NCBI GenBank assembly: GCA_045863395.1
Contig: BTVJ01000001.1
Coordinates: 66,406 to 130,405, forward strand
From: Myxococcales bacterium
GTDB lineage: Bacteria; Myxococcota_A; UBA9042; JABWCM01; BTVJ01
Direction: 5' to 3'
DNA length: 64,000 nt
Below the pieces are notes generated by a model, which made no database searches, was not told the DNA's origin, and worked only from the letters and a program-made list of their open reading frames with translations. Below are positions 38,801-47,269 of this stretch, in pieces. Numbering within the stretch: the first letter of the stretch is position 1; each line of letters starts with the position of its first letter. The position numbers and the translations under genes were made by a program.

Positions 38801-41354
38801 CACAGGCGGTACCGTTCGGCACCGCCACGCCGCACGCTCCCGTGGCGAGGTCGCACACGTCCACGGTGCAGGGATCGCCGTCGCTGGCACAGGTCACTGC
38901 GGTCCCGGCGCACACGCCTGCGGAGCAGGTGTCTCCAGACGTACAGACATTGCCGTCGTCGCACGCCGCACCCTCCGCAGCCGGCGCCCCACAGGTACCG
39001 GTCGCCCCGTTGCAGATGTCGCTCGTGCAAGGGTTACCGTCGTCACCGCAGGTGACAGGGGTCCCGGCGCAAGCGCCGGCGCTGCACGCATCCCCCGTGG
39101 TGCAGAGGTTGGCGTCGCTGCATACGGTCCCGTTCGGAAGCGCGAGTCCGCAGCCGCCTGTCGCGGGATCACAGACGTCGCTGGTGCAGGGGTTGCCGTC
39201 GTCCGCGCACGCCTTGGGGGCACCATGGCAGGCGCCAGCCTGACACACGTCGGACACGGTGCAGACATCACCGTCGCTGCACGCCGTGCCGTTGGCAACG
39301 GCTGTGCCAGCGCAGGATCCGCCGGTGCAGGCGTCTCCTGCGGTGCAGGGGTTGCCGTCGTCGCAAGCGCCGCCCTCACCGACCCCAGCACCCGCACACA
39401 CGCCGGCCGTGCAGGCGTCGTTCGCCGTGCAGGCATCACCGTCGTTGCAGGTGGAGCCATTCGGGAGCGCCGTGCCAGCGCACACGCCAGCGCCGCACAC
39501 GTCGAGGGCCGTGCAGGAGTTGCCGTCGTCACAGGAGGTCCCGTTGGGCGCCGGCACACCACAGGCGCCCGTGGCCGGATTGCACAGGTCGAGGGTGCAC
39601 GGATCGCCGTCAGACCCGCAGCCGAGAGCAACGCCCTGGCACACCCCAGCGTTGCACACGTCATTGACCGTGCAGAGGTTCCCGTCGTCGCAGAGGGCCC
39701 CGTTCAGGGCCGTGACGCCACATGCGCCGGTCTGCGCGTCGCAGGCGTCCGCGGTGCAGGGGTTGCCGTCATCGCCGCACGTCGCCGGGATGCCCTGGCA
39801 CGCGCCTCCGATGCACACGTCTCCCGAGGTACAGGCGTCCGCGTCCGTGCAGGTCGTCCCGTCCCCGGCCGCTACACCGCAGGCTCCGGTGTCCGGGTTG
39901 CACACGTCAGTGGTGCAGGCGTTGCCGTCGCTGGGGCAGGACTTTGCGGTACCGGCGCAAGCTCCAGCGGTGCACAGGTCGAGGACGGTGCAGAGGTCTC
40001 CGTCGTCGCAGGCCGTGCCGTTGACCACGGGCGAGCCAGCACAGAGGCCGGACTGGCACACGTCCCCCTGCGTGCACCCGTTGTCGTCGTCGCACGGAGT
40101 CCCGTTGGGGTTCACCCCACCGCCACTGCACGTGCCAGCCTGGCAGGTGTCGGTGGTCGTGCACGAGTTGCCGTCGTCGCAGGACGTCCCGTTCGCCACC
40201 GGCGCACCCGCGCACCCCCCGGCGCCGCACGCGTCGCTGGCAGTGCACGGGTTGTCGTCATCGCAGAGCGTCCCCGGCGCGGCGGCCCCCCCGCACGCGC
40301 CGGTCACGGCGTCGCAGGCGTCAACTGTGCACGGATCCCCATCGTCCGGGCAGGACTTCGGAACACCGGCGCACGCGCCCGCAGTGCAGGAGGTGAGCAG
40401 CGTACAGGGGTCACCGTCGTCGCACGCAGTGCCGTCCGCAGCTACCGAATTGCAGGCGCCCGTCGCCGGGTTGCACGTGTCCTGGGTGCAGGGGTCACCG
40501 TCATCGGAGCAGGTGGTCAGGGCGCCCACACACGCGCCGACCTGGCAGGTGTCGCCCGTGGTGCAGAGGTCCCCATCGTCACAGCCGGTCCCATTCGCAA
40601 ACGGGAAGCCGCACGTACCACTGGCGGGGTTGCACGCATCCAAGGTGCAGGGGTTCCCGTCGTCAGCGCACTGGACCTCGACGGCCTGACAGGTTCCGCC
40701 GACGCAGGTGTCCCCGGTCGTGCAGGTGTCGCCATCGTCGCAGGTCGCGCCCGACAGAGAGACCCACCCGGTGGGGTTGGTCCCCGGCACACACTTCTCG
40801 CAGGTGTTCGTTGGGTTCAGCGCATCAGCCGCGACGCAGTCGCCACCGATGGCGCAGCCGCCAGGACACGAGCAGGCGTTGATGGCGGTCGGGAAGGACA
40901 AGGGATCCAGCGGATCGGTCCCATTGGCGATCTCGCAGGTGTCCGGGTAGGTGTCCCCGTCATCGTCCTCGTCGCAGCCGTTGTGGAGGTCGTCCCGGTC
41001 CGGGTCCGCGACCGCGATGAGCCCGTTGATCCCCTCATCTGAGCTCAGCTTGTAGAGGCGCAGCAGGATGATGCGCTGGACGTCCGTGACGTCCAGCTTG
41101 CCGTCGCACTGAAGATCCGCGTCCGCGTCGCTCACCGCCTGGCAGACGGGATTGGGATCCCCCTGGGCCTGCGTCAGAACAGCGCCGATGTAGCAGTTGA
41201 TGTCGGCGACGTTGACCAGCTCGTCGAGGTTGATGTCTCCCGAGTGGAGAGGGAGCGGGGCCGCAGAAGCCGTCCCTACGCCGAGGGTCCCCGCCAGGAT
41301 CGCCGCCGCGGCGAGTGCCCTCCCCCACGTTGAACACCCACCGTCGGAGCTCAT
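32835..41354 (-). CDS. Giant (2839 aa) secreted repeat protein: signal peptide, dockerin-like Ca-binding pair, about 70 tandem 36-aa Cys repeats, then the shared C-terminal domain.
   Basis: ATG 41354 with GGGAGG 7 nt upstream. ATGA overlap with the upstream gene. Signal MSSDGGCSTWGRALAAAAILAGTLGVGTASAAP. Repeats of the form [48 protein letters not shown]. C-terminus SGHAVSLSP..GGSVVLSNSSDPTAPL..LVIKTSP. Confidence 0.8.
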   Translation of the reverse strand: MSSDGGCSTWGRALAAAAILAGTLGVGTASAAPLPLHSGDINLDELVNVADINCYIGAVLTQAQGDPNPVCQAVSDADADLQCDGKLDVTDVQRIILLRLYKLSSDEGINGLIAVADPDRDDLHNGCDEDDDGDTYPDTCEIANGTDPLDPLSFPTAINACSCPGGCAIGGDCVAADALNPTNTCEKCVPGTNPTGWVSLSGATCDDGDTCTTGDTCVGGTCQAVEVQCADDGNPCTLDACNPASGTCGFPFANGTGCDDGDLCTTGDTCQVGACVGALTTCSDDGDPCTQDTCNPATGACNSVAADGTACDDGDPCTLLTSCTAGACAGVPKSCPDDGDPCTVDACDAVTGACGGAAAPGTLCDDDNPCTASDACGAGGCAGAPVANGTSCDDGNSCTTTDTCQAGTCSGGGVNPNGTPCDDDNGCTQGDVCQSGLCAGSPVVNGTACDDGDLCTVLDLCTAGACAGTAKSCPSDGNACTTDVCNPDTGACGVAAGDGTTCTDADACTSGDVCIGGACQGIPATCGDDGNPCTADACDAQTGACGVTALNGALCDDGNLCTVNDVCNAGVCQGVALGCGSDGDPCTLDLCNPATGACGVPAPNGTSCDDGNSCTALDVCGAGVCAGTALPNGSTCNDGDACTANDACTAGVCAGAGVGEGGACDDGNPCTAGDACTGGSCAGTAVANGTACSDGDVCTVSDVCQAGACHGAPKACADDGNPCTSDVCDPATGGCGLALPNGTVCSDANLCTTGDACSAGACAGTPVTCGDDGNPCTSDICNGATGTCGAPAAEGAACDDGNVCTSGDTCSAGVCAGTAVTCASDGDPCTVDVCDLATGACGVAVPNGTACDDGDQCTVADVCTAGVCGGAPKTCADDGHECTADECDPATGECYPPAANGTACDDGDACTADSCSNGVCVGAPVANGSPCDDDNLCTTGETCTAGVCGGGSGVPDGSPCDDSNSCTVGELCTGGTCGGGATLPNGASCNDGDACTHSDQCQGGSCGGVILTCADDGNPCTVDVCNASTGSCGQWAGDGSSCSDGDACTTGDVCLSGACQGGSVFCAPDGDPCTVDACVSGSCGAPAPNGTTCDDGDLCTSSDACTGGTCGGLAVICPDDGDACTSQTCQGGTCGLPVPNGGPCDDGNPCTADACVGGVCISTPLANGTSCDDGDACTTGDMCAGGACIGTGVGNGNPCDDGNPCTAGDVCSGGACAGTVVSNGTSCTDGDLCTTGDQCLGGACLGTPKTCADDGNGCTVDACNPMTGACGVAAADGTACDDGEICTYLDACSSGSCGGAEAGCSAECTASCVPGDCTAPGSNGTACDDGNPCTLNDLCQAGVCSGTLKTCGDDGNSCTQDACNPATGACGVALPNGTSCDDGNTCTTDACQAGVCVGAPLANGAPCSDGDACTGGDTCQGGACQPGAPILGSCDDGNPCTINDTCVAGACAGTVVPNGTVCSDGDACTLGDTCSSGTCSGAPKTCGDDGNACTTDVCDSVTGLCGVAVEDGTACDDGDLCTVGDLCVAGTCGGAPKSCANDGNPCTDDVCDAATGACGVARPNGTSCNDSNACTSGDACVAGTCNGVAVVCGDDGNECTTDACNPATGTCGVPVAELTPCAGGDSCSTWSCSAGICAFEAPGPDGAGCDDDNACTSGDQCLGGSCLGTPLYAGGCDDGDTCTLNDACVGGACVGQAVPNGTSCDDGDLCTVADACVAGACTGTLKSCANDGNPCTDDVCNGATGACGVAVTNGSPCSDGSTCTYLDACSGGTCAGTSVTCDDDANPCTTDQCNPANGTCGVGLPDGSGCSDGDLCTVSDVCLGGACGAVAVTCSSDGNACTTDTCNPASGLCGIAVEDGAVCSDGAACTVNDACVSAECAGTATECPDDSNPCTVEACNTGSGACGLPAANGTACDDGNPCTTGDACAAGACQGTPVACADDGDPCTSDVCNPGTGVCGAPAADGIACDDGDVCTVLDTCSGGVCGGTPKTCADDGNPCTTDACDPSSGACGVAVVNGTPCDEGGPCVIEACQAGSCTVTGNQDGASCDDEEACTTGDTCSGGLCAGTPLADGSTCDDGNPCTSSVGSCASGTCEATALADGTACDDEDSCTIADACSAGTCVGLEKTCASDGNPCTSDVCNPATGGCGVLAEDGSSCDDAAACSTGDVCVAGVCAGAVVGCADDGNPCTADTCDAGTGVCGVPVTDGTACSDGDSCTIADQCIGGTCSAAPVICPDDDNPCTLDSCNEQGQCGVPAANGSACDDGNPCTTDSCLDGVCVSETVSDGTVCDDGNGCSGNDLCMQGVCTGLAVPNGSPCDDENACTAGDTCSMGTCSGSAVANGTACSDGDLCTTADMCTGGVCGGTPKSCGSDGNPCTTDVCNPQTGACGVALVDGTLCEDGSPCTNLTTCTAGVCSGSLVTCGTDDNTCTVDVCNPVSGACGLNAANGNPCTDGEACTSGDACLNGVCTGAGATCEPQGNPCVLDLCDAVTGLCGVLAPDGTLCDDGDACTTGDVCFAGACVAANASGTSCDDGDLCTTGDACSGGACVGSAVTCADDGSACTQDVCNPLTGSCGLPTADGGACDDGNPCTTGTTCVGGTCGGGTTTTCADDGDPCTVDACNPATGLCGVAAADGAPCDDGEQCTVPDACTGGVCSGPTYEACTDPQAGLTCLLSGDQGETVECPIRLARSSIGAPVPTALQFNMHYDGTKAVISHFNDGEKCFVPTVCVPWDIPTNFSSLQSGHAVSLSPALGSWVTGGSVVLSNSSDPTAPLATGYFDNGVVVDDDIVFTAVFTLAEAVSASTPVEVTMDNVVASDASATGLPVEILNLVIKTSP
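33375..40772 (-). repeat. In-frame array of about 70 degenerate 108-bp (36-aa) Cys-rich repeat units inside the giant gene.
   Basis: Periodic recurrence of the CDDG[ND]xCT..D.C..(A/S/G/V)TG.CG motif across residues ~195-2660 of the 2839-aa product. Repeats are diverged at the DNA level, not identical. Confidence 0.7.
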
Positions 41355-42007
41355 CGGGCGCCTCCCGTCACGATGACGCCAGCCTCGGTCCTCGCCGGGA
41401 CTGCCGCCGCGTCCTGATCCGCCGCCACCAGCGCCGTCGCCGTCACGACGACGGGGGAGGACGCCGGCGCCTCACCGGAGAGCCGGAACCGTGCGGTGGC
41501 CACGACCGCGTCACCCTCGACCGCGCCGCTCCGAAGGACGGCCTGCGTGATCGGCGTCGTCGGGCTCGTGAAGTGGGCGATGACCAGCGACCCCTTGCCA
41601 GCCCAGGCCTCCGGCTGGTCCGGGCTCTGGAGCACGCTGTGCCCCGTGCGCGCGACGACCGGCTCCTCGGCAGTCAAACGACGCTCGGCGGCTCCGGCAT
41701 CGAACAGCCCGATGAAGGTGGCGCGGGCGCTGTCATACCCGAGCGTGAGCTGGAGCGCGCGAGCGGCGACCGTGTCCGGCACCGCGGCGAGGCGCACCGG
41801 GCAGGACACCACGGCGCCGGCCGCACCGGAGAGCTGACAGATGGCGGCGCCGGACAGGGGCGCCACAGCCGCAGGGCTCGTAGGAACGACGGCCTCCGTG
41901 GCCGTCGCCTCCGTGGGCTTCTCAGGCGCCTTGGTGGTCTGCTGGGTCCCCTCGCAGCCCACGATGGTGACGCCGAACACGAGAGACAGTGCGATGAGCT
42001 TCTTCAT
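41351..42007 (-). CDS. Small lipoprotein (218 aa) made up only of the ~160-aa domain shared by the four giant proteins.
   Basis: ATG 42007 with GGGAGG 5 nt upstream. Lipobox VTIVGCEG, then a Thr/Ala/Pro linker. Domain signature ..CPVRLAAV..ARTGHSVLQSPDQPEAWAGKGSLVIAHFTSPTTPI..VIVTGGAR. Its stop overlaps the giant gene's start. Confidence 0.7.
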   Translation of the reverse strand: MKKLIALSLVFGVTIVGCEGTQQTTKAPEKPTEATATEAVVPTSPAAVAPLSGAAICQLSGAAGAVVSCPVRLAAVPDTVAARALQLTLGYDSARATFIGLFDAGAAERRLTAEEPVVARTGHSVLQSPDQPEAWAGKGSLVIAHFTSPTTPITQAVLRSGAVEGDAVVATARFRLSGEAPASSPVVVTATALVAADQDAAAVPARTEAGVIVTGGAR

Positions 42008-42035
42008 GGGGGTCCTCCCGACGGTGGTTCGACGC

Positions 42036-45000
42036 CTACTGCGCCCAGGTGACGATGATTGCGTTGATGATCTCGGAGACCAGGGTGGCTGCCTGCCCGT
42101 CCGCGCTTACCAGGTTGGTCAGCTCCACCTGGGCCGGGTTGCCGGCCGCGACGTCGCTGAGGAGCTTGAACTTGACGCGCACCATCTCGGGTTCGCCCTC
42201 GATGGCGCCCGCCTCGATGTACGCGTTGCTCAACGGCACGGTGGGATCTGACGTGTTGACGATGACCACCGCTCCGGATCCCTTCCAGTCCGCTACCTTC
42301 GTTGGCGCGATGGACACGGAGTGCCCCGTCGAGAGCGGCGTCGAGCCAGGCCCGGTGACGGGTGTCTCGAAGCACCCGAAGCCCGGGAAGCACAGCTCGT
42401 CATAGAAGTTGTCGAGCTGAAGGACGGTCTCGTCGTAGTCCACCGCGAACTCGATGCCCGTCGCGGGCGGATCCGCCTCGGTCTCGCGCGCAACGCGAAC
42501 CGAGCAGGTGACGATCTCGCCCGTCGATCCTGACAGGTCGCAGACGAAGCCCGGCGGGGCCCCGCACCCGGGGTGGGGACCACCCGCAACGCAGACGCCG
42601 TCCTGGCACTGGTCGTCTTGGGTGCAGGGGTTGCCGTCGCTGCACGGGAGCGCGCTCAGCGGGATGTGGTAGCACCCGTCCAAGGCATCACAGGCATCTG
42701 CGGTGCACGCATTGCCATCGTCACAGAGCTGGTTCTCTGCCAGGTTGACGCACGTCCCCTGTGCCGTGCAGGAGTCGACGGTGCAGGCGATGCCGTCGTC
42801 ACAGTTCACCAGTGGCCCTGCGGTGCATTTGACCCCGGCGCACGTGTCGTTGGTGGTGCAGGGGTTCCCGTCGTCGCACGCAGCGCCCGGCGCCTTCACA
42901 TACTGCTGGCAGCCCGCCACCAGGTCGCAGATGTCGTCGGTGCAGGAGTTCCCGTCGCTGCACGCCAGATCGTCCGGCACGAACACGCACCCAAGGACCG
43001 GGTCGCAGGTGTTGAGCGTGCAGGCGACCCCATCTGCGCAGTTCAACGACGTCCCGGGCTTGCAGCCGCCCGCCACGCACTTCTCGATGCCGGTGCAGAC
43101 GCTGCCGTCGTCGCAGTCCGCGTCGGTGGTGCAGTCGAGGCTCTCGACCAGGCACTCGGGGCTGCACCCATCGTTGGGCAGCTCGTTGCCGTCATCGCAG
43201 TCCTCCCCGGGATCGGTGAAGCCGTTGCCGCACTCCTCGTTGGACGTGCACGACGCGTTGCACCCGTCGTCGGAGAGCTCGTTGCCGTCGTCGCAGGCCT
43301 CACCGGGGTCCACAAAGCCGTTGCCACACTCCTCGTTGGAGGTACACGACGCGTTGCAGCCGTCGCCGGAGTCGTTGTTGCCGTCGTCGCACACCTCGCC
43401 GCACGCGAGGTCCTCGGTGCCGTCGCCGCAGTAGGGCGCGTCACCGGCCTGACAATAGAGACTGCCGGCGTCGCAGGTCTCCGCCCCATTGCAGGGGTCC
43501 CCGTCATCGCAGAGGGCCGCGGCCGCCGGGATGCACCGATCCGTGGGCGCTGACACGATGAGGCCGTCCTGTACCCAAGTGTGCAGCTCCGCGCCCGCCG
43601 TGCTCCAGGACGTGACGTTGTGCAGGTAGACGAACACGGGCGCCTCGACCGGGATGTCGATCTTCGTCGACATATGGAGGGTGAGGATCTCCGGGTCGCC
43701 CTGGACGGCGCCACCGGCGAGCCACGCCTCCGTCAGTGGCGACGCGGGGTCGCTGACGTTGGCCAGATGCACGTCCACGTTGCCGAGCCAGTTCGCGGGG
43801 CTCGCGGGCGTCAAGCTCGCGGTGTGCCCGCTCGGAGAGAGCTTGTTCGGCGGAACCGCCGCAGCGACGCAGCTCGCCCCGAAGCACACGGTGTCGGTCA
43901 TGCCCTGCATCTTGAGGCTGGCCGACTCGAACTGGAGCACGAAGTGGAGGGTGCCGGGCAGTGGCGTCCCATCATCGAAGCGGGCGTGCTTGATCGGACA
44001 GGTGATCGACGTGCCCGTCGGCCCCGCCACGGCGCACAGGGCCGCTGCGTCCAACGCACAGCTCGGGAGGAGGGCGCCGGGGGTACAGGCGCCAGCCGCG
44101 CACACGTCGCCCTGGGTGCAGGGGTCCTTGTCGTCGCAGGGCGCAGTGTTGAACGCGGTCGTGCACGCGCCGGTGACCGCGTCGCATGCGTCGTCGGTGC
44201 AGGGATCCCCGTCGTTGCAGACCTTGGCGACGCCGCCACACGCCCCGTCCTTGCACGTGTCCTGGGAGGTGCACGCGTTGCCGTCGTTGCAGGGGGCGGT
44301 GTTGGGCGTGTAGATGCATGCGCCGTTCGTCGGGTTGCATGCGTCGTTCGTGCAGGGGTTGCCGTCGTCGCAGGCGGTCGAGGTCCCGGGCGTGCACTCC
44401 CCTGCGGAGCAGACGTCGTCGGTCGTGCAGGGGTCGTGGTCATCGCAGGGGGCCGTGTTGGGCGCCGTGGTGCACCCCCCGGTCGCAGGATCGCAGGAGT
44501 CGTCCGTACACGGATCGTCGTCGTCGCACACCACGAGGGGCACCCCGAAGCACGCACCCGTTGCAGGGTCGCAGGCCTCATCGGTGCAGGCGTCGCCGTC
44601 GTCGCAGAGGACCGCCGCGAGGTGGGCGCACGCCCCGGTCGCAGGATCGCAGGCGTCCGTGGTGCACAGGTTGCCGTCGTCGCAGTTCAGGGTGATGGGC
44701 GTGTTGGAGCAGTTGCCCGTCGCCGGGTTGCACGAATCGGTGGTGCAGAGGCTTCCGTCGTCGCAGTCCTTCTCGGGACCGGCCGTGCAGACGCCGGCCT
44801 GGCACGCGTCCCCCACGGTGCAGCCGTCCCCGTCGTCGCAGGCCAGGCCCGCGGCCGCATCGCTGAGCACGCACTGCCCGCTCGACGGGTTGCACGCCAC
44901 GGTCTTGCAGGCGGGCGGCGCCGCGCAGTCGACGATGGTCGCCGTGTCGAGCACGCAGGAGCCATCCTGGCACTTCAGGGTCCCGTTGCAGAGGTTGCCG

Positions 45001-45815
45001 TCCTCCTTCGAGGCGCAGTCGGCCGTCGTGTTGCACTCCCCGCAGATATCGGGGCCCGCCTTGCAGGCGCCCCCCTGGCACTGGTCGGGCCCCGTGCAGG
45101 CGTCGCCGTCGTCGCAGGCCGCCACGTTGTTCGTGTAGACGCACCCCAGGTCCGGGTTGCAGGCGTCGTCAGTGCAGCCATTGTCGTCGTTGCAGGCCTT
45201 GGGTTTGCCAGCGACGCACGCGCCGGCGTCGCAGTGGTCGTCCTCGGTGCAGGCGTCGCCGTCGTCGCACACCGTGGTGGTGGGCTCGTTCACGACCCGG
45301 CAGGTGCCCTCGTCCTTGTCACAAGACGCGGTCTGGCAGGGCCCCGACGCCTTGCTCGCACAGTCCGCGTCGGTGGTGCACTCCGGCGCATCTGCCTTCT
45401 TCTTGACGACGACGGTCACCTCGTCGACGTAGTCGGCGCCGTCAAAGGGCACGCCCTCACTGCGCAGGGCCTGCACCCCAAGAGTGTGGGATCCGAGCGG
45501 GACGGCGGCGAAGGTGTAGGTGTGGCCCGTCGCCAGCGTGGCCACCTCGACGCCGTCAAGGGACAGCGACAGCAGGGGCCCTCCGTCGGCCAGCTCCAGC
45601 CCGAGCACCTGGAGCTCGGCGACGATGTCGACGGTGTCGGTGGTGGTCTCGAAGACCTCCCCCGCCGAGGGAGAGAGGAAGGAGACGGAGACGGTGCCAC
45701 CGCCTGCGTCGGCGTCACTCGTGGTCTGCACCACCGAGTCGTCCGAACAGGCGGCGAGCGCCAGCAGCGCGCTCGCCCAAGCCGACATCCATGTCATCCT
45801 CGCCCGACCGATCAT
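42036..45815 (-). CDS. Giant secreted Cys-rich repeat lipoprotein (1259 aa): Ig-like N-domain, Cys repeats, one internal and one terminal copy of the shared C-terminal domain.
   Basis: True start is ATG 45815 ([26 protein letters not shown]) with GGGAGG 7 nt upstream. The ORF-track extension to 45980 has no RBS. Contains a [18 protein letters not shown]../[16 protein letters not shown] block. Terminal domain ..[41 protein letters not shown]. Confidence 0.75.
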   Translation of the reverse strand: MIGRARMTWMSAWASALLALAACSDDSVVQTTSDADAGGGTVSVSFLSPSAGEVFETTTDTVDIVAELQVLGLELADGGPLLSLSLDGVEVATLATGHTYTFAAVPLGSHTLGVQALRSEGVPFDGADYVDEVTVVVKKKADAPECTTDADCASKASGPCQTASCDKDEGTCRVVNEPTTTVCDDGDACTEDDHCDAGACVAGKPKACNDDNGCTDDACNPDLGCVYTNNVAACDDGDACTGPDQCQGGACKAGPDICGECNTTADCASKEDGNLCNGTLKCQDGSCVLDTATIVDCAAPPACKTVACNPSSGQCVLSDAAAGLACDDGDGCTVGDACQAGVCTAGPEKDCDDGSLCTTDSCNPATGNCSNTPITLNCDDGNLCTTDACDPATGACAHLAAVLCDDGDACTDEACDPATGACFGVPLVVCDDDDPCTDDSCDPATGGCTTAPNTAPCDDHDPCTTDDVCSAGECTPGTSTACDDGNPCTNDACNPTNGACIYTPNTAPCNDGNACTSQDTCKDGACGGVAKVCNDGDPCTDDACDAVTGACTTAFNTAPCDDKDPCTQGDVCAAGACTPGALLPSCALDAAALCAVAGPTGTSITCPIKHARFDDGTPLPGTLHFVLQFESASLKMQGMTDTVCFGASCVAAAVPPNKLSPSGHTASLTPASPANWLGNVDVHLANVSDPASPLTEAWLAGGAVQGDPEILTLHMSTKIDIPVEAPVFVYLHNVTSWSTAGAELHTWVQDGLIVSAPTDRCIPAAAALCDDGDPCNGAETCDAGSLYCQAGDAPYCGDGTEDLACGEVCDDGNNDSGDGCNASCTSNEECGNGFVDPGEACDDGNELSDDGCNASCTSNEECGNGFTDPGEDCDDGNELPNDGCSPECLVESLDCTTDADCDDGSVCTGIEKCVAGGCKPGTSLNCADGVACTLNTCDPVLGCVFVPDDLACSDGNSCTDDICDLVAGCQQYVKAPGAACDDGNPCTTNDTCAGVKCTAGPLVNCDDGIACTVDSCTAQGTCVNLAENQLCDDGNACTADACDALDGCYHIPLSALPCSDGNPCTQDDQCQDGVCVAGGPHPGCGAPPGFVCDLSGSTGEIVTCSVRVARETEADPPATGIEFAVDYDETVLQLDNFYDELCFPGFGCFETPVTGPGSTPLSTGHSVSIAPTKVADWKGSGAVVIVNTSDPTVPLSNAYIEAGAIEGEPEMVRVKFKLLSDVAAGNPAQVELTNLVSADGQAATLVSEIINAIIVTWAQ

Positions 45816-46196
45816 GCGGTTCCTCCCGTTGGTGGCCAGCCACTGGCCGTTGCAGAGCCCCTGATCGACCACCAACGGCCGCCCTGGTGCTCTGCGCCCG
45901 ACGCGACACACCAGCAAGCCGGACCCGGGACAACCCTCGCGGGACTGCCGGTCCTGGTCGTCGGGCGAACGGACGCTCAATGCCGATCCCTAGCTCTGTT
46001 CGACCCTCCCAGTCAACGCCAAACATCCACGCGGCCATCGGGGGGGGAGGACGCTGTCACCCGTCCGAGGGCATCGATGGCGCTCCGGACCGCGGCCCAA
46101 GCGCACTTCAGCGTCAGGGGAATCCGTTGAGGCCCCCCCTGGTTTGTGCTACGGTCCGCGACCCTGGGCGGGAGCAACGGAAGTGATCGAGGGTTC

Positions 46197-46796
46197 ATGA
46201 CGGAGCAAATCCCACCGCGAGGCCTCGTGACCCAGACGGCGCTGGTCGTCGTCCTCGGGGCGTTGGTCGGCCTGGGTGCCCACGCCGCCAGCGCTCCGGA
46301 CTTCGACGCGGCCCTGGCGCCTCCGGCCCAGGCAGACTCCTCAGAGATCGCCCGCCTGCGCGAGGAGACCCCACAGGCACCCACCAGCGACGCGGACGTG
46401 GCGCCGGAGCGTCCCCGAGTCGTCATCCCCAAGCGCGTCTCGTTCATCGACCTCAGGTCGCAGCTCTACGCCCAGCCAGGCGTGTCGATCATCGACGCCC
46501 GCGACCGATCATCCTACGAGGGCGGCCACATCCCCGGGTCGCTGCACCTGGACCTCGACGACCTGGAGCGCGACCCCAACGCCGGCGGCCCCGTGCTTGC
46601 CCAGGTACCCCGCACCGACGTCGTCGTGGTCTACTGCTCGGGCGGCGACTGCGACATCAGCATGCGCCTCGCACGGAAGCTGATCGCCCGGGGCTACGAC
46701 AAGGTCCTCGTGTACGAGGGCGGCTGGACGGAGTGGCTGCAGGAGGACGGGACCCGCGCGACCGGCGCTGAGCCGGGCACTCCGGACGGAGGCTGA
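46197..46796 (+). CDS. Membrane-anchored rhodanese-domain protein (sulfurtransferase-like).
   Basis: ATG 46197 with GAGGG upstream. One TM helix (ALVVVLGALVGLGAHAA). Rhodanese fold, with the VVVYCSGGDCDIS loop holding the candidate catalytic Cys, followed by LVYEGGWTEW. Confidence 0.7.
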   Translation: MTEQIPPRGLVTQTALVVVLGALVGLGAHAASAPDFDAALAPPAQADSSEIARLREETPQAPTSDADVAPERPRVVIPKRVSFIDLRSQLYAQPGVSIIDARDRSSYEGGHIPGSLHLDLDDLERDPNAGGPVLAQVPRTDVVVVYCSGGDCDISMRLARKLIARGYDKVLVYEGGWTEWLQEDGTRATGAEPGTPDGG

Positions 46797-46798
46797 CC

Positions 46799-47269
46799 AT
46801 GGCGTGGCTTCGTCACCCGGCGCTGCTCTGGGCGAGCAGGCTCCTGCTCGGCGCCGTCTTCCTCTACGCGGCCTGGTACAAGATCACCGACCTGCCGGGG
46901 TTCGCCGCCAACATCAACAACTACGGCATGGTGCCCATCGGGCTGCTCCCCCTGTTCGCCACGGTGCTCGCGGGCGTGGAGGTCGTGACCGGCCTCGCCC
47001 TCGTGACGGGGGTGTGGCGCAAGGGGGCGGCGCTCGTCGTGTCGGCGATGCTCCTGATGTTCATCGTCGCCATCGGCGTCGCTTACGCTCGCGGCAAGAG
47101 CATCGACTGCGGCTGCTTCACGGCCGAGATGAGCGCAGAGAAGGCCGGAGAGGTGCGCGCACACATGCTGCGCCGCATCGTGGAGGATGTCGGCATGCTC
47201 GCGCTGGGCCTCAACCTGTTCGTTCAGGACCTCACCTCCCCTCGGGTCCCGGAGCCATCCCTTGTCTGA
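46799..47269 (+). CDS. MauE/DoxX-family redox-associated membrane protein.
   Basis: 156 aa with 4 predicted TM helices. The CGCF motif (SIDCGCFTAE) is typical of the MauE family. This family is commonly adjacent to rhodanese genes, from established knowledge. Confidence 0.7.
   Translation: MAWLRHPALLWASRLLLGAVFLYAAWYKITDLPGFAANINNYGMVPIGLLPLFATVLAGVEVVTGLALVTGVWRKGAALVVSAMLLMFIVAIGVAYARGKSIDCGCFTAEMSAEKAGEVRAHMLRRIVEDVGMLALGLNLFVQDLTSPRVPEPSLV

Noticed and set aside
33114-45980. Numerous long plus-strand ORFs (e.g. 33114..34706, 36375..38237, 38349..41042, 43581..46130) and alternative-frame minus ORFs inside the giant genes
   Set aside because: All are antisense or off-frame to the Cys-repeat genes. 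Compositions (Arg/Ala/Gly/Val or His/Ser/Pro runs) lack signal peptides and domains. The sense frame has consistent lipoboxes and periodic Cys motifs.
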